64,000 nucleotides of DNA from Gammaproteobacteria bacterium. Its GTDB lineage: Bacteria; Pseudomonadota; Gammaproteobacteria; JBCCGL01. Below the pieces are notes generated by a model. That model saw nothing but the letters and a program-made list of their open reading frames with translations, did no database searches and was not told the DNA's origin. Position numbers and translations under genes: made by a program. Shown here one piece after another: positions 30,293 to 42,910 of this stretch (the stretch's first letter is position 1; each line of letters starts with the position of its first letter). Where the stretch lies: contig OZ255836.1 of NCBI GenBank assembly GCA_965277715.1, positions 2,144,001 through 2,208,000 of the forward strand, given 5' to 3'.

Positions 30293-30394
30293 ACAGATGA
30301 CAACCCATTACTACCTCATCCGGTTAATTAGGCACTTTTAGCAAAAAATACCTAATTAGGTAATTCAACCTAAATTCCGCTAAATACATGGGAT

Positions 30395-32071
30395 TCAGCT
30401 ATCTATTGCCGCTAAATTCAACCCAAATTTCCGCGCACACGCTTTCGCTGCCGGATAACCTGCATCGGCATGCCGCATTACGCCACTGGCCGGATCATTC
30501 CACAATACGCGCTTGATGCGTGTGGCCGCCGCATCAGTGCCATCACAACAGATAACCAGCCCGGCGTGCTGCGCGTAACCCATACCGACACCACCACCGT
30601 GATGGAATGAAACCCAGGTTGCCCCACCCGATGTACTCAGCAGTAAGTTAAGCAGTGCCCAGTCAGAAACGGCATCGGAGCCATCCATCATTGCCTCGGT
30701 TTCACGGTTGGGGCTGGCGACGGAACCCGAGTCGAGGTGGTCGCGGCCAATCACCACCGGCGCTTTGAGTTCACCGCTTTTCACCATGTCGTTAAACGCC
30801 AGGCCCAGCCGGTCACGGTCTCCCAGGCCGACCCAGCAAATGCGCGATGGCAGGCCCTGAAAGCTGATGCGTGACTGCGCCATATCCAGCCAGTTGTGCA
30901 GGTGAGGATTGTCTGGAATCAGTTCTTTTACTTTTGCATCGGTTTTATAAATATCCTCCGGGTCACCGGATAGCGCAACCCAGCGGAACGGCCCGATACC
31001 CTGGCAGAATAATGGGCGGATATACGCAGGCACAAAGCCGGGGAAGTCAAATGCATTATCGACACCTTTGTTTTTGGCCTCCTGGCGGATGTTGTTGCCG
31101 TAGTCCACGGTTGGGATGCCCTGCGCATGAAAAGCGAGCATGGCGCGCACGTGTACCGCCATTGAAGCGCGGGCGGCCGCTGCAACGTTGTCCGGGTTGG
31201 TTTGCGCTTCACTGCGCCACTGTTCAAGTGTCCAGCCAATGGGCAGGTAGCCATTTACCGGGTCGTGTGCCGAGGTCTGGTCGGTGACCATATCGGGCTT
31301 AATACCCTGTTTTACCATATCTGGCAGTATTTCAGCCGCATTGCCCAGCACACCGACTGAAATGGCCTCACCTCCGGCATGTGCCTGTTCGATCATTTTT
31401 AGCGCCTCGTCGACTGAATTGGCACGTTTGTCGAGGTAGCGATTGCCGAGTCGGAACTGGATGCGCGATTCGTCGCACTCGATAGCCAGTAATGAGTAGC
31501 CCGCCATGGTCGCCGCCAACGGCTGGGCGCCCCCCATACCACCGAGACCGGCTGTCAGAATCCACTTGCCCCGGGTATTGCCGCCAAAGTGTTGCCGACC
31601 CGCCTCGACGAAGGTTTCATAGGTGCCTTGTACAATGCCCTGCGAGCCAATGTAAATCCAGGAACCGGCGGTCATTTGACCAAACATCATCAGGTCTTTT
31701 TTATCCAGCGCGTTGAAGTGCTCCCAGTTGGCCCAGGCGGGCACCAGGTTAGAGTTGGCGATCAGTACGCGGGGGGCGTCCGGGTGGGTTTTGAATACCC
31801 CGACCGGTTTGCCCGATTGAATGCACAGGCTTTCATCATCGTTCAGCGTTTGCAGGGTTTCCAGAATTTTGTCAAAGCATGCCCAGTTGCGTGCGGCACG
31901 GCCAATCCCGCCGTATACCACCAATTCCTCCGGGCGTTCGGCGACTTCGGCATCCAGGTTGTTCTGGATCATGCGAAACGGTGCCTCAGTCAGCCAGCTT
32001 TTGCAGGTTATTTGTGCGCCGCGTGGGGCGCGGATACGGCGGCTTTCATCGCGTCGGGTCGATTGGTTCAT
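30395..32071 (-). CDS. hutU: Urocanate hydratase
   Basis: [12 protein letters not shown] and HHGGGVGMG motifs. Confidence 0.98.
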   Translation of the reverse strand: MNQSTRRDESRRIRAPRGAQITCKSWLTEAPFRMIQNNLDAEVAERPEELVVYGGIGRAARNWACFDKILETLQTLNDDESLCIQSGKPVGVFKTHPDAPRVLIANSNLVPAWANWEHFNALDKKDLMMFGQMTAGSWIYIGSQGIVQGTYETFVEAGRQHFGGNTRGKWILTAGLGGMGGAQPLAATMAGYSLLAIECDESRIQFRLGNRYLDKRANSVDEALKMIEQAHAGGEAISVGVLGNAAEILPDMVKQGIKPDMVTDQTSAHDPVNGYLPIGWTLEQWRSEAQTNPDNVAAAARASMAVHVRAMLAFHAQGIPTVDYGNNIRQEAKNKGVDNAFDFPGFVPAYIRPLFCQGIGPFRWVALSGDPEDIYKTDAKVKELIPDNPHLHNWLDMAQSRISFQGLPSRICWVGLGDRDRLGLAFNDMVKSGELKAPVVIGRDHLDSGSVASPNRETEAMMDGSDAVSDWALLNLLLSTSGGATWVSFHHGGGVGMGYAQHAGLVICCDGTDAAATRIKRVLWNDPASGVMRHADAGYPAAKACARKFGLNLAAIDS

Positions 32072-32111
32072 GGGATTGTTTCCAGGGTTGTTTAAATCGT
32101 GCCAGGGTTAT

Positions 32112-32840
32112 TTAATCCGGATGGTAGCGTGCGCCGAGATCGTAACGGCTGCTGGGGTAAATAAGGTCGACGGCAGTGACCACCACACCGGCCTTCCAGG
32201 TGCGTCGTTGCAAACGCAGACATGGTTCTTCTGCGGGAATCGATAGCCGCAAAGCGGTATAGGCGTCGGGCAGAATCGCCTGCACGATGTGTTCGAGTTC
32301 ATCCGGGCGAATTTCACCCATCAGGTATTCTGTGGGGGTGATGGTGGTGAAATCCATTTGTAAAAAATTAGGGACCAATGCCGGGTTAACGTGCCGGTTT
32401 TCTAACTGAATAGGTATGTCATCCTGATGGTGTACCAGGGCGGCGTGGAATAAAGTATCGCCAACCTGCATACCCATACGCTCCGCCTGCACACGTGTGG
32501 CCGTGACTTTATTCTGTGACAATATTTGTGCGTGATGGCATTTTCCCTGTAGGGTGATTTCATCGGTAATGGGCTTGAGTTCAATCAGGCTGGCATGACG
32601 GGCAGGCTCGGCAACAAAGGTGCCCAGGCCCGGCACACGCTTCAATAGCCCCTCGGCACTCAGCTCGCGCAGTGGCCGGTTGATAGTCATGCGACTAACG
32701 CCCCATGCGCTCGCCAACTGGTTCTCAGAGGGAATTTTCTCGCCGGGCAACCACACCCCGCTGCTGATTTTTTTGCTAATCGCCTCTCTTATCCGTTGGT
32801 GTAGCGGCAGGCTGGCATTGCCCGACAGTGTCATCGTCAT
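32112..32840 (-). CDS. hutC: Histidine utilization repressor (GntR/UTRA)
   Basis: PSENQL...VSRMT...GTFV HTH plus UTRA domain, inside the hut cluster. Confidence 0.93.
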   Translation of the reverse strand: MTMTLSGNASLPLHQRIREAISKKISSGVWLPGEKIPSENQLASAWGVSRMTINRPLRELSAEGLLKRVPGLGTFVAEPARHASLIELKPITDEITLQGKCHHAQILSQNKVTATRVQAERMGMQVGDTLFHAALVHHQDDIPIQLENRHVNPALVPNFLQMDFTTITPTEYLMGEIRPDELEHIVQAILPDAYTALRLSIPAEEPCLRLQRRTWKAGVVVTAVDLIYPSSRYDLGARYHPD

Positions 32841-32842
32841 TG

Positions 32843-34135
32843 CTAGCTTAACCCCCGATACATAACGGTAATACATGGATTGCCGCCAATACGGTAACTC
32901 AGCTCGGCAGGTTCACGGGCGCGCCACAACACCATATCGGCGCTTTTGCCGACTTCGAGGGTGCCGATTTCGTTGTGTAGCCCCAGTGCTTTGGCAGCGT
33001 GGCAGGTAACCCCCGCGAGGGCTTCGCCAGGCGTCATACGAAACAGTGTGCACGCCATATTCAACATCAGCAACAACGACCCAACCGGCGAGCTACCTGG
33101 GTTGCTGTCACTGGCCAACGCGATGGGGACGCCGTGTTTACGCAAACTGCTCAATGGCGGCAGTTGCGTTTCGCGCAGGCAGTAAAAGGCGCCTGGCAAC
33201 AGCACTGCTACGGTGCCTTGCTCCGCCAGTACAGGCACATCGTCTGCTGCCAGGTATTCGAGATGATCGACGGAGAGGGCATTGTGTCTGGCCGCCAGCA
33301 CAGCGCCCTGTAGATTGCTCAGTTGCTCCGCATGCAGCTTTATGGGCAGGCCGTGCTGGGCAGCGGCGGCGAATACCCGTTCGACCTGTACCGGGGAAAA
33401 ACCAATACCTTCACAGAAAGCATCGACGGCGTCGGCAAGCTGCTCTTTAGCAATACGCGGTAACATGGCGTTACAGACCAGATCGATATACGCATCGGCG
33501 CGCCCCTGATACTCCACCGGCAGTGCATGTGCACCGAGAAAACTGGTGACAATATTGACAGGCAGGTTGTCACCCAGATCACGCGCCACCCGCAACATTT
33601 TTACTTCGTCGTCGACATTCAAGCCATAGCCGGATTTTATTTCCACCGTGGTCACGCCTTCATTGAGCAGGCCGACCAGCCGTGGATGGGACTGCAGGTA
33701 CAACTCGGTCTGGCTGGCGGCGCGGGTAGCGGCGACAGTGGAGACAATGCCGCCACCGCTGCGGGCAATTTCCTCGTAACCCGCACCATTGAGGCGCATT
33801 TCAAATTCTTTGGCGCGATTGCCGCCGTAGACCAGATGTGTATGGCAGTCGATTAACCCCGGTGTCACCAGGTTTCCACCACAATCACGCTTCTCTGGAC
33901 AGCACTCAAAGACCGCTGGGGGCATATTCCAGCTTGGCCCTATCCACGCAATGCGGCCATTACTGATCGCGATAGCGGCATTATCTATCAGGCCAAACGC
34001 ACTGTTGCCGTTAGTTTGGCTGCCCGTATTATCAGGGACTGTATCGGGGGCCATTGTGGCCAGGCGAGCGTTGTGCCAAACACTGTCCCAGTGCGGGAGA
34101 GTATTGGCCGCTTGTGTATTAGTCGTTGCGTTCAT
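32843..34135 (-). CDS. hutI: Imidazolonepropionase
   Basis: [21 protein letters not shown] and DSNPGSSP motifs. Confidence 0.97.
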   Translation of the reverse strand: MNATTNTQAANTLPHWDSVWHNARLATMAPDTVPDNTGSQTNGNSAFGLIDNAAIAISNGRIAWIGPSWNMPPAVFECCPEKRDCGGNLVTPGLIDCHTHLVYGGNRAKEFEMRLNGAGYEEIARSGGGIVSTVAATRAASQTELYLQSHPRLVGLLNEGVTTVEIKSGYGLNVDDEVKMLRVARDLGDNLPVNIVTSFLGAHALPVEYQGRADAYIDLVCNAMLPRIAKEQLADAVDAFCEGIGFSPVQVERVFAAAAQHGLPIKLHAEQLSNLQGAVLAARHNALSVDHLEYLAADDVPVLAEQGTVAVLLPGAFYCLRETQLPPLSSLRKHGVPIALASDSNPGSSPVGSLLLMLNMACTLFRMTPGEALAGVTCHAAKALGLHNEIGTLEVGKSADMVLWRAREPAELSYRIGGNPCITVMYRGLS

Positions 34136-34182
34136 TGTCCATCTGTATGCGTAAATTAATGAATCAGGTAATTAAAACATCT

Positions 34183-34194
34183 TTGTATATACAA
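34183..34194. promoter_or_regulatory. HutC operator
   Basis: Perfect palindrome TTGTATATACAA between divergent hutI and hutF; a degenerate second site TTATACAGACAA lies near 34308-34319. Confidence 0.8.
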
Positions 34195-34499
34195 GTATAG
34201 AGATCATGCTTTACACTCTATATCAGTGTGTTTTTTTATCAATAGCAGATCGCAGTATTTGACAGTAACGTTATGCCACTTACAGTGAACGCCATAATCC
34301 GCTTTACTTATACAGACAACCAGTAATGAATCTATTTGAACAAAAAACATTGACCAACCTTGATGAAACAAAGCGCTGGTTGGGCTAGCTGGATGCAAAG
34401 GCTACCCGCCACATCACCGTTACAGCCAATGCTAAACATTTCCAACCCATCACGGATTTACAGTTGGTGTTATTTAAACCTAACTAACGGGCTAGCCAA

Positions 34500-35885
34500 T
34501 TGAAAACGCTGTACTTTGAACACGTGTTACTGCCTGAAGGCTGGGCAAACCAAGTGCGCATCGATACCGACACACAAGGTAATATCGCTGCGATCAAAAC
34601 AGATTGTGACCTGGCGCGCAGCGGAACAGACCAGGTACACCCCGGTTGCCTGCTGCCCGGCATGGCAAACCTGCACTCCCACGCCCACCAGCGTGCTATG
34701 GCCGGCCTGGCGGAACGAGCGGGGGATAGCGACGACAGCTTCTGGACCTGGCGAAGCACCATGTACCAGTTTCTGGATGCGATTCAACCCCAGCACTTAT
34801 ACGCCATAGCCTCCCAGCTTTACCTGGAAATGCTCAAGGCGGGCTATACACGCGTTGCCGAGTTTCAATATCTGCACCACCAAACCGATGGCTGTCACTA
34901 CGATGCGATTGCCGAGATGTCGCTAGGCACGCTGGCGGCCGCCCGTGCTGTAGGTATCGGCATAACGAACCTGCCCGTGCACTATCAATTCGGTGGTTTT
35001 GGTGGGCGGGCGATCAGCGCGCAACAGCGGCGCTTTGCCAATGACCCCGAACACTTTCTACAAATCGTCGACGCCCTTGTGCGTGAAAGCGGTGAGGATG
35101 CCAACGTCGTCACCGGTATTGCCGCCCATTCACTGCGGGCGATTACCCGGGATACTTTTGATGAAGTACTCGATGAGTTCGCCAACCGGGTTTGCCTGCC
35201 TATACACATCCACATTGCCGAACAGACCAGGGAAGTTGACGACTGCATCGCCTGGAGCGGTGCGCGCCCGGTTGAGTATTTATACGACCACTTCCCGGTC
35301 GACAAACAATGGTGTTTGATTCACGCAACCCATATGACCGATGCTGAAACGCAGCACGTCGCTGCAAGCGGTGCAGTGGCGGGCTTATGCCCCACCACTG
35401 AAGGCAATCTCGGCGACGGGTTCTTTAATGCCAAACACTACCTCGATAGTGGCGGTCGGTTTGGTATCGGCTCAGACAGCCATATTTCCATCTCCCCCAC
35501 CGAAGAGCTTCGCTGGTTTGAATACGGGCAGCGGTTGCTGTACCGATCGCGCAATCAATTGTCCGGTGGTTACCGGCGCAGCACCGGGCGCAATCTATTT
35601 GATCTGGCGGTTGCGGGCGGTGCCCAGGCCTGCGGTCATAACAGTGGCCGCATCGCCGTTGGCTGCCGCGCAGATTTTATCGTGCTGGATACCGACCACC
35701 CACTGCTGTGTGAGCGCAGCGGTGACGCTATTATCGATAGCTGGATTTTTTCCGGTAACGGGAATACCGTCCGCGATGTGTATGTCGGCGGTGAACAGGT
35801 AATCGTGCAAGGCAAGCATAAAAATGAAGAGGCGATTCAAAGCGCCTTTAAAACCACCTTAAAAATACTGCGGGGGTCTGTGTGA
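34500..35885 (+). CDS. hutF: Formimidoylglutamate deiminase
   Basis: [33 protein letters not shown] and GSDSH motifs. Confidence 0.95.
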   Translation: MKTLYFEHVLLPEGWANQVRIDTDTQGNIAAIKTDCDLARSGTDQVHPGCLLPGMANLHSHAHQRAMAGLAERAGDSDDSFWTWRSTMYQFLDAIQPQHLYAIASQLYLEMLKAGYTRVAEFQYLHHQTDGCHYDAIAEMSLGTLAAARAVGIGITNLPVHYQFGGFGGRAISAQQRRFANDPEHFLQIVDALVRESGEDANVVTGIAAHSLRAITRDTFDEVLDEFANRVCLPIHIHIAEQTREVDDCIAWSGARPVEYLYDHFPVDKQWCLIHATHMTDAETQHVAASGAVAGLCPTTEGNLGDGFFNAKHYLDSGGRFGIGSDSHISISPTEELRWFEYGQRLLYRSRNQLSGGYRRSTGRNLFDLAVAGGAQACGHNSGRIAVGCRADFIVLDTDHPLLCERSGDAIIDSWIFSGNGNTVRDVYVGGEQVIVQGKHKNEEAIQSAFKTTLKILRGSV

Positions 35886-37405
35886 ATAAAATACTACTGG
35901 TTCCAGGTGAGCTAAACCTGGCCGTGTTACGTCGTGTGTATTTCCAGGGTATCAGCTTAGACATTGACGAAACAACCTGGCAACAGGTCGAGTCTGCGCA
36001 GGCGGTGGTGCGCGATAAGGTCGAAAGTGGTGAGATTGTCTATGGCGTCAATACCGGCTTTGGCCAACTGGCGCAAAAGCATATTGACGCCACATTACTC
36101 AGCGAATTACAGCATAACCTGATTTTGTCCCATGCAACCGGCGTTGGTGAATACATCGAAGACGCCACGGTGCGTTTGATTCTGCTGTTGAAGATCAACG
36201 CGCTGGCGCGTGGTGCATCGGGTATTCGCCGTGAAGTGCTGCGGCTATTGCTGGCAATGCTGAATAACAATATTCTCCCGGCCATTCCAGAAAAGGGTTC
36301 AGTCGGTGCATCGGGTGATTTGGCTCCCCTGGCACACTTGAGCCTGCCGGTGATCGGCGAGGGCAAGGTGCGTGTTGCCGGTGAATTGCTGGACAGCCGC
36401 AATGCGTTCCAGCGTGCCGGGTTGTCGCCGCTGCAACTGACCGCCAAAGAGGGCCTGGCGTTGTTGAACGGCACCCAGGTATCCACCGCCCTGGCGTTGA
36501 AAGGCTTGTTCGCCGCCGAGCAGAATATCAACGCGGCGTTTGTCGCGGGCAGCCTGACCGTCGAGGCAGCACTCGCCAGCCGGGTGCCATTTGATGCCCG
36601 CATTCATGCGGTGCGCGGGCAAACCGGCCAAATCGAAGCGGGGGGCATTTATCGCGCACTGTTGAAAACCAGTGAAATCGCCGAATCGCACGCCAACTGC
36701 AATAAAGTACAGGATCCCTACTCATTGCGCTGTCAGCCTCAGGTAATGGGCGCCTGCCTCGATCAACTGCGCAATGCAGCGCAGATCATCGAAACCGAGG
36801 CCAACGCGGTATCAGATAACCCCCTGATCTTTACCGGGGAGGACGATATTCTTTCGGGCGGCAATTTCCATGCGCAACCGATTGCATTCGCCGCCGACAA
36901 TATCGCCCTGGCCATCGCCGAAATAGGGGCGTTATCTGAGCGCAGAATGGCCTTATTACTGGATACCAACCTCAGTCAACTGCCACCTTTTTTGGTGAAG
37001 GATGCGGGGGTTAACAGTGGTTTTATGATTGCACAGGTGACTGCCGCCGCCCTGGCCAGTGAAAACAAAAGCCTCGCCCATCCCGCCAGCGTCGACAGCT
37101 TACCGACCTCAGCCAACCAGGAAGACCATGTCAGCATGGCCACCTTTGCGGCACGTCGACTGAGTGATATGAACCTCAATACCCGCTATGTAGTGGCGAT
37201 TGAGCTGTTGGCCTCCTGCCAGGGGATTGAATTACGTCGCCCCCTGAAGTCCAATCAGTTGCTGGAAAAATACTGGGATAAGGTGCGCCAGGTCGCCGCC
37301 TACTGGGATCACGACCGCTACTTTCAGCCTGACCTTGAGGCAATTGCCACACTCATTCAGCAGAATACATTTGGCGATTGGGCAAACGCCTTTATTGGGC
37401 ATTAG
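35882..37405 (+). CDS. hutH: Histidine ammonia-lyase
   Basis: [12 protein letters not shown] (MIO), QDPYSLRC and NQEDHVSM motifs. Confidence 0.97.
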   Translation: MNKILLVPGELNLAVLRRVYFQGISLDIDETTWQQVESAQAVVRDKVESGEIVYGVNTGFGQLAQKHIDATLLSELQHNLILSHATGVGEYIEDATVRLILLLKINALARGASGIRREVLRLLLAMLNNNILPAIPEKGSVGASGDLAPLAHLSLPVIGEGKVRVAGELLDSRNAFQRAGLSPLQLTAKEGLALLNGTQVSTALALKGLFAAEQNINAAFVAGSLTVEAALASRVPFDARIHAVRGQTGQIEAGGIYRALLKTSEIAESHANCNKVQDPYSLRCQPQVMGACLDQLRNAAQIIETEANAVSDNPLIFTGEDDILSGGNFHAQPIAFAADNIALAIAEIGALSERRMALLLDTNLSQLPPFLVKDAGVNSGFMIAQVTAAALASENKSLAHPASVDSLPTSANQEDHVSMATFAARRLSDMNLNTRYVVAIELLASCQGIELRRPLKSNQLLEKYWDKVRQVAAYWDHDRYFQPDLEAIATLIQQNTFGDWANAFIGH

Positions 37406-37407
37406 GC

Positions 37408-38196
37408 ATGCGTGAAATCTATGCATTTACCCCTGGCAATACACCAATATTGGTGAGCATGCCGCATTCGGGCGAGCACATCCCCCCAGACATATTGCCC
37501 CGCCTGAGTCAGCCCGCACAAACACTGCCAGACACCGACTGGCATATCCCCAGGCTGTACAGTTTTGTTTTACAACAGGGCCATAGCGTATTGCAGGCCA
37601 ACTACAGCCGCTATGTGGTTGACCTCAATCGCCCGCCGGATAACACATCCCTCTACCCTGGGCAGGCGACCACCGGCCTGTGCCCGGAAACGCTGTTCGA
37701 TGGTGAGCCCTTATACCGTGACGGAGAGGTTTTGAATGAAACGGAGATTGCTGTGCGCCGCGAAACCTATTGGCGCCCTTATCACGATAAACTGGCACAG
37801 GCGCTGGCGACAATAAAGGCGAGGTTTGGTTACGCACTGCTTTATGATGCGCATTCAATCACCTCACACGTGCCGCGTCTATTTACAGGGCAACTGCCCG
37901 ATTTAAACCTTGGCACTGCCAGCGGTGAGAGCTGTAGTCCCGCCATTCAACAGGCTGTCTTTAATGTTATTGGCGCCAGTGATTATCGCGCCGTTGTCAA
38001 TGGGCGTTTTCGTGGGGGCTATATTACCCGCCACTACGGTTGTCCTGAAAATAATGTGCACGCTGTTCAAATGGAAATTGCCCAACGCACCTACATGAGT
38101 GAAGCGGGTGATTTTCGTTATGATGCGCAGCGCGCAGAAAAACTACAAAAGGTGTTGATAGAATTGTTTGAGGCATTGCGTGAGGTGGCAATATAA
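37408..38196 (+). CDS. hutG: N-formylglutamate deformylase
   Basis: SMPHSG, SRYVVDLNR, DAHSI, NGRFRGGYITRHYG and QMEI motifs. Confidence 0.95.
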   Translation: MREIYAFTPGNTPILVSMPHSGEHIPPDILPRLSQPAQTLPDTDWHIPRLYSFVLQQGHSVLQANYSRYVVDLNRPPDNTSLYPGQATTGLCPETLFDGEPLYRDGEVLNETEIAVRRETYWRPYHDKLAQALATIKARFGYALLYDAHSITSHVPRLFTGQLPDLNLGTASGESCSPAIQQAVFNVIGASDYRAVVNGRFRGGYITRHYGCPENNVHAVQMEIAQRTYMSEAGDFRYDAQRAEKLQKVLIELFEALREVAI

Positions 38197-38296
38197 AATT
38201 GACAGTAAGTGGATAACAAACACAGGCACACCCAGCACCTACCCCCGCCACTCAAGCACTCCCTATTGCTGAAAATACAATCCGATTGAGCATCGC

Positions 38297-39070
38297 CTAC
38301 TCCCCATGCCGCACGAATGGCGAATAAACGGGTGCTCCCGAAACCAGCCTTTTCGTTTCGTCGAAGTCTTCATCACGGTTGTACTTGATCTGTGGTCTTG
38401 AAGCGATTACCTCCAGTGTTTGCGCCCAGCGACTGGAGTAGGTTTCCAGTGTGCTCAACCCACCTTCGTGGTGTTCTATGAAGGCGACACCGCCGACGCC
38501 ATGAAAAATCTCAGGTTGAAGCACATCAAACCCCAGGTATCTAAATGGAAAGAGCAACGGCCAAAGATGAAGTTGCGTATCCCCTTCCCTGCCGTTATAA
38601 GAACAGGATTCCTCGCTCGCGCCAGTGGTTATGCACGCGATCACTTTCTTGCCCGCACAGATACCCTTGTCATAACGCATAACGCTTCGATACAGCCGAC
38701 CATACACAAAGACCCGATCCATCCAGCCTTTGAGGATTGCGGGCATACCAAACCACCATAAAGGAAAATGGATAACCAACAAATTGCACGCCAACAAACG
38801 CTGTATTTCCGCTTCTATTTCCAGGGGCAGGGTTCCACTTTCCGCATTGTGACGCTGTTCGGTTTGGGCATGAAAAACCCCGGTATCTTTGCGGGAACGA
38901 TAGTGTTGCGGCGCCTCTCTAGGGTCGAAGTCCATGGCGTAGAGGTCAGACAGCGTGGTCTGCCACCCGGTGGCACCGAGCACTTGTTGTGAGGTGCCTG
39001 ATAAGTGCGCATTAAAAGATTGTGCCTCTGGATGTGCCAGAACGATGTGGGCTTTCACACTGATTACCAC
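38297..39070 (-). CDS. NAD(P)H-dependent quinone oxidoreductase (flavodoxin-like)
   Basis: AHPE..SFN, FPLWWFGMPAILKGWMDRVF and TTG motifs. Confidence 0.9.
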   Translation of the reverse strand: MVISVKAHIVLAHPEAQSFNAHLSGTSQQVLGATGWQTTLSDLYAMDFDPREAPQHYRSRKDTGVFHAQTEQRHNAESGTLPLEIEAEIQRLLACNLLVIHFPLWWFGMPAILKGWMDRVFVYGRLYRSVMRYDKGICAGKKVIACITTGASEESCSYNGREGDTQLHLWPLLFPFRYLGFDVLQPEIFHGVGGVAFIEHHEGGLSTLETYSSRWAQTLEVIASRPQIKYNRDEDFDETKRLVSGAPVYSPFVRHGE

Positions 39071-39211
39071 CGTTATTTGGATTTTTAAGGTTGCTTCAAT
39101 AAAATCAGTAACAAATTGTAGACAATTGACCAGCAGCTAAAACAACCCGTATTCTACCCGAAAGCCACTGCCAGGGCTTTATCAAAGAATAGAGACAACA
39201 AGGGCACCATA

Positions 39212-39577
39212 GTGACTTACGATAAATACAATGATTTTTGCCATTCCCTACCGGCAACATCCTATATTGTTCAATGGAGCGACGCCCATGTCTGGAAGGT
39301 AGGAGGCAAAGTATTTGCTATCGGTGGCTGGGGAAAATCCGGTAGCCCCGCATTCACCTTTAAAACCTCAGCGCTCAATTTCGAGTTTTTACGGGACGAA
39401 CCCGGTTTCAGGCCGGCCCCTTACATGGCGTCTCGTGGCATGAAGTGGATACAGCAATACGATGCGCCTGAAAGCTCAGATGATGAACTTAAATACTACC
39501 TTAAAGAATCTCACCGGATTGTTTCCTTAGGGCTGACTAAAAAAAAGCAAAGGGAGCTTGGTCTCAACCAAAGCTGA
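39212..39577 (+). CDS. MmcQ/YjbR family protein
   Basis: WKVGGKVFA, PAPYM and LTKK motifs. Confidence 0.88.
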   Translation: MTYDKYNDFCHSLPATSYIVQWSDAHVWKVGGKVFAIGGWGKSGSPAFTFKTSALNFEFLRDEPGFRPAPYMASRGMKWIQQYDAPESSDDELKYYLKESHRIVSLGLTKKKQRELGLNQS

Positions 39578-39729
39578 AGAAAAGAAATGACATCGATTGG
39601 CATACCTTTAGTGTTCACAGCAACCACAACTATCGATTACATCAAACCCAATAAGCGGCGTATTTCGTTTTTATATTGTTTACGCCTGCGTCTACCTTAT
39701 TTCCAGTGAATGACCGTAGCGACGCCAAT

Positions 39730-40743
39730 ATGAAATTCAGCATCCAGCTTTCTGCCTACTACCCAGATAAAACCTACGGCGGTGACCGGGTTTATGCAGA
39801 TATGCTGGAACAGGCGAAGCTGGCGGACCGGATGGGCTTTGATGCGGTATCCATTACCGAACACCACTTGATTAATATTCTGATGATGCCCGCACCACTA
39901 CAATTTGCGGTAAAGCTGGCCAGCGTGACCGAACAGGTAAAGATTATTACCAGTGTGACGGTATTGCCGTTACACGATATGCGGGTTTATGCCGGTGAAT
40001 TGGTGTGTGCGGATATTTTCACCGACAACCGTTTGATGCTGGGCGTGGGGCGCGGGGCCTTTGCCTTTGAGATGGGTCGCCTGGGGGTGCCGCTGGCGGA
40101 CAGCCGCGAAAAGTTTGATGAGTCGCTGAACGTATTACAAGCCCTACTCAAAGACGAAGAGGTGTCCTGGAACGGCAAATACTATCAATTCGCGCCACTG
40201 ACCATTATGCCCCGGCCAGTCTCTGAGATCCCGATTATGATGGGGGTTTTGGTGCCGGAGGCTATTTATGCCTGCACCAAACGTGGTTTCCATATCCAGA
40301 CAACCCCCCTATCTGGTGACCATCAGCATATGCTGGGCCAGGTGAACGCCTTTAAGCGGGCGAAGGAGGAAATGGGCAAAGCGGGTGAACACCTGACACT
40401 GTCGCTGTCACGCGTGACGTTTTTATCGCACAATGGCGAAGATCAACAGCGCAAAATCGCGCAGGCCCACGATTATTATCGCCGTTTTGATAATGTATTT
40501 ACCGGGCCGGGGATTGTCGAACGTGGCATGATAAAACCCCTGCCACGCACGATGACGCTGGCACAAACAGCGGAGAATCTAACAATCTGTACCCCGACTG
40601 AAATGGTGGATAAATTGATGCCTTATGCAGAGGCCGGTGTGGATCGTTTTATTATGAATGTCAACTTCGGCATGAACCAGGCAGAGACACTGGCATCAAT
40701 ACAGTGTTTTGCCGAGGAAGTCATGCCACATTTTATCAACTGA
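39730..40743 (+). CDS. Luciferase-like (LLM) flavin-dependent monooxygenase
   Basis: TEHH, RLMLGVGRG and FAEEVMPHF motifs. Confidence 0.9.
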   Translation: MKFSIQLSAYYPDKTYGGDRVYADMLEQAKLADRMGFDAVSITEHHLINILMMPAPLQFAVKLASVTEQVKIITSVTVLPLHDMRVYAGELVCADIFTDNRLMLGVGRGAFAFEMGRLGVPLADSREKFDESLNVLQALLKDEEVSWNGKYYQFAPLTIMPRPVSEIPIMMGVLVPEAIYACTKRGFHIQTTPLSGDHQHMLGQVNAFKRAKEEMGKAGEHLTLSLSRVTFLSHNGEDQQRKIAQAHDYYRRFDNVFTGPGIVERGMIKPLPRTMTLAQTAENLTICTPTEMVDKLMPYAEAGVDRFIMNVNFGMNQAETLASIQCFAEEVMPHFIN

Positions 40744-40755
40744 ACAGGGGCTGAG

Positions 40756-41538
40756 ATGGCAGCGGTAGCCTGTAGTTATAGTGTCAGCGGCCAAGGCCCG
40801 GCTTTGTATATGGTGCACGGTATTGGTGCGCGCAAAGCAACCTGGCGTGGTTTACTGGCGGGTTTGCAGGATCGGTTTACCTGCGTCACCTACGATTTGC
40901 GTGGCCACGGTGAAAGCCCGGTACCAGAGCCACCTTATACGCTGGATGAACTGGTCGGGGATCTGGAGGCTTTACGGGAAAAGCTGGGCCACGAGCAGAT
41001 TCATGTGATTGGCCATTCGCTGGGCGGCATGATTGGCCCGGCCTATGCGCGGGCTTACCCTGACAGGGTATTGAGTGTCGGCCTGCTGAGTACTGCGGCG
41101 GGGCGCACTGAAGAGGACCGTGCCAAGTTACAGGCCGTCGGTAATGCCATGCAGGAAAAGGGCGTGGTGCCGGTATTGAGCACCTTTGTTGAGCGCTGGT
41201 ATACGGATGCATTTATTCAACGCGCACCCGAGGTGATTCGGGCGCGCCTGCAACAAGTACAGGATACCCCGGAAGCCGTGTTTCTCAGTGTATTCTGGAT
41301 TTATGCCACAACAGAAATGGCCCCCTGGTTGCACGAGATTACCTGCCCCTGCTTGGTATTAACCGGTGAGCTGGACGGTGGGTGTAACCCACGCCTGAAC
41401 CGCTTTATCGCTGCGCAACTACCGGATTCAGAACTGGTGGTTCTCAAGGGGTTGAAGCACTCGCTGTTAATTGAAGCACCTGAGCGGGTGTTGCCTCCCC
41501 TGCAACAGTTTTTAAACCGAAATATGCCCATATCCTGA
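40756..41538 (+). CDS. Alpha/beta hydrolase (PcaD-like)
   Basis: YDLRGHGES, GHSLGG and GELD...H catalytic triad. Confidence 0.88.
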   Translation: MAAVACSYSVSGQGPALYMVHGIGARKATWRGLLAGLQDRFTCVTYDLRGHGESPVPEPPYTLDELVGDLEALREKLGHEQIHVIGHSLGGMIGPAYARAYPDRVLSVGLLSTAAGRTEEDRAKLQAVGNAMQEKGVVPVLSTFVERWYTDAFIQRAPEVIRARLQQVQDTPEAVFLSVFWIYATTEMAPWLHEITCPCLVLTGELDGGCNPRLNRFIAAQLPDSELVVLKGLKHSLLIEAPERVLPPLQQFLNRNMPIS

Positions 41539-41646
41539 ACACCCCCTCTCAGTACACTTACATTCATTCGCCCAAAGCTGGATCAGGTTACACTCAAGAG
41601 GGTGTTAGAATTAACCCTTTAAGCATCGCCACCGGAACCACTGCCT

Positions 41647-42852
41647 ATGACGCCCGAACAAGCCCGTGCCAAACCCGCTGAACTGGTTTGGGAAGACCCC
41701 TTTTTATTGGAAGAGCAACTGGACGATGAAGAGCGGTTGATCCGCGACACTGCCCACGACTACTGCCAGGAAAAACTCCTGCCACGGGTGATCGAAGCTA
41801 ATCGCCATGAGACCTTTGACCGCGATATTATGTTTGAGATGGGCGAGCTCGGCCTGCTCGGCTCGACGCTCCCAACACAATATGGCTGTGCTGGCACCAA
41901 TTACACCGCCTATGGGTTGGTGGCGCGTGAAGTCGAGCGCGTCGATTCCGGTTACCGCTCGGCAATGTCGGTGCAATCATCTCTGGTAATGCACCCTATT
42001 TTTGCTTACGGCAGCGAACCACAGCGGGAGAAGTATCTGCCCAGGCTAGCCAGTGGTGAGTGGGTTGGCTGCTTTGGTTTGACCGAACCGGATCACGGTT
42101 CAGACCCCGGCTCAATGATTACCCGCGCCAGGCCGGTCGATGGCGGGTATTCGCTGTCGGGCGCCAAAAATTGGATTACTAACGCACCGATTGCCGATGT
42201 GTTTATCATTTGGGCCAAGTCTGACGCGCACGACGGAAAAATTCGCGGCTTTATTCTGGAAAAAGGTATGGCTGGCTTGCTAGCGCCCCGAATCGAAGGC
42301 AAATTCTCGCTGCGCGCCTCAGCCACCGGCATGATCCAGATGGACGAGGTGCAAGTGCCCGAGGAAAACCTCCTGCCCAATATTAGTGGTCTGGCTGGCC
42401 CTTTTGGCTGCCTCAATCGTGCTCGCTTTGGTATCGCCTGGGGCAGCATGGGGGCGGCTGAAACCTGCTGGCACGCGGCACGCAGTTATACGCTGGCGCG
42501 CAAACAGTTTGGCAGGCCACTGGCGGCGAACCAACTGATTCAGAAAAAGCTGGCCGATTTTCAGACCGAGATCAGTCTTGGTTTACAGGGCTGCCTGCGT
42601 TTAGGGCGGCTGATGGACGAAGGCCGTGCCCCGGCGGAGTTGATTAGTTTGATGAAGCGCAATAACTGCGGCAAGGCGCTGGATATTGCCCGTGTGGCGC
42701 GTGATATGCACGGCGGTAATGGGGTGTCGGATGAGTATGGTGTTATCCGCCATGTGATGAATCTGGAGGCGGTGAATACCTATGAGGGGACTCACGATGT
42801 GCATGCGTTGATTCTTGGTCGGGCGCAGACTGGATTGCAGGCATTTATGTAG
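41647..42852 (+). CDS. gcdH: Glutaryl-CoA dehydrogenase
   Basis: [29 protein letters not shown] and NTYEGTHD motifs. Confidence 0.93.
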   Translation: MTPEQARAKPAELVWEDPFLLEEQLDDEERLIRDTAHDYCQEKLLPRVIEANRHETFDRDIMFEMGELGLLGSTLPTQYGCAGTNYTAYGLVAREVERVDSGYRSAMSVQSSLVMHPIFAYGSEPQREKYLPRLASGEWVGCFGLTEPDHGSDPGSMITRARPVDGGYSLSGAKNWITNAPIADVFIIWAKSDAHDGKIRGFILEKGMAGLLAPRIEGKFSLRASATGMIQMDEVQVPEENLLPNISGLAGPFGCLNRARFGIAWGSMGAAETCWHAARSYTLARKQFGRPLAANQLIQKKLADFQTEISLGLQGCLRLGRLMDEGRAPAELISLMKRNNCGKALDIARVARDMHGGNGVSDEYGVIRHVMNLEAVNTYEGTHDVHALILGRAQTGLQAFM

Positions 42853-42910
42853 TGTCTGCTTACGCGGCCATCTTATCTATAAATCAATTCAACATTGGGG
42901 AAGTTGTAGA

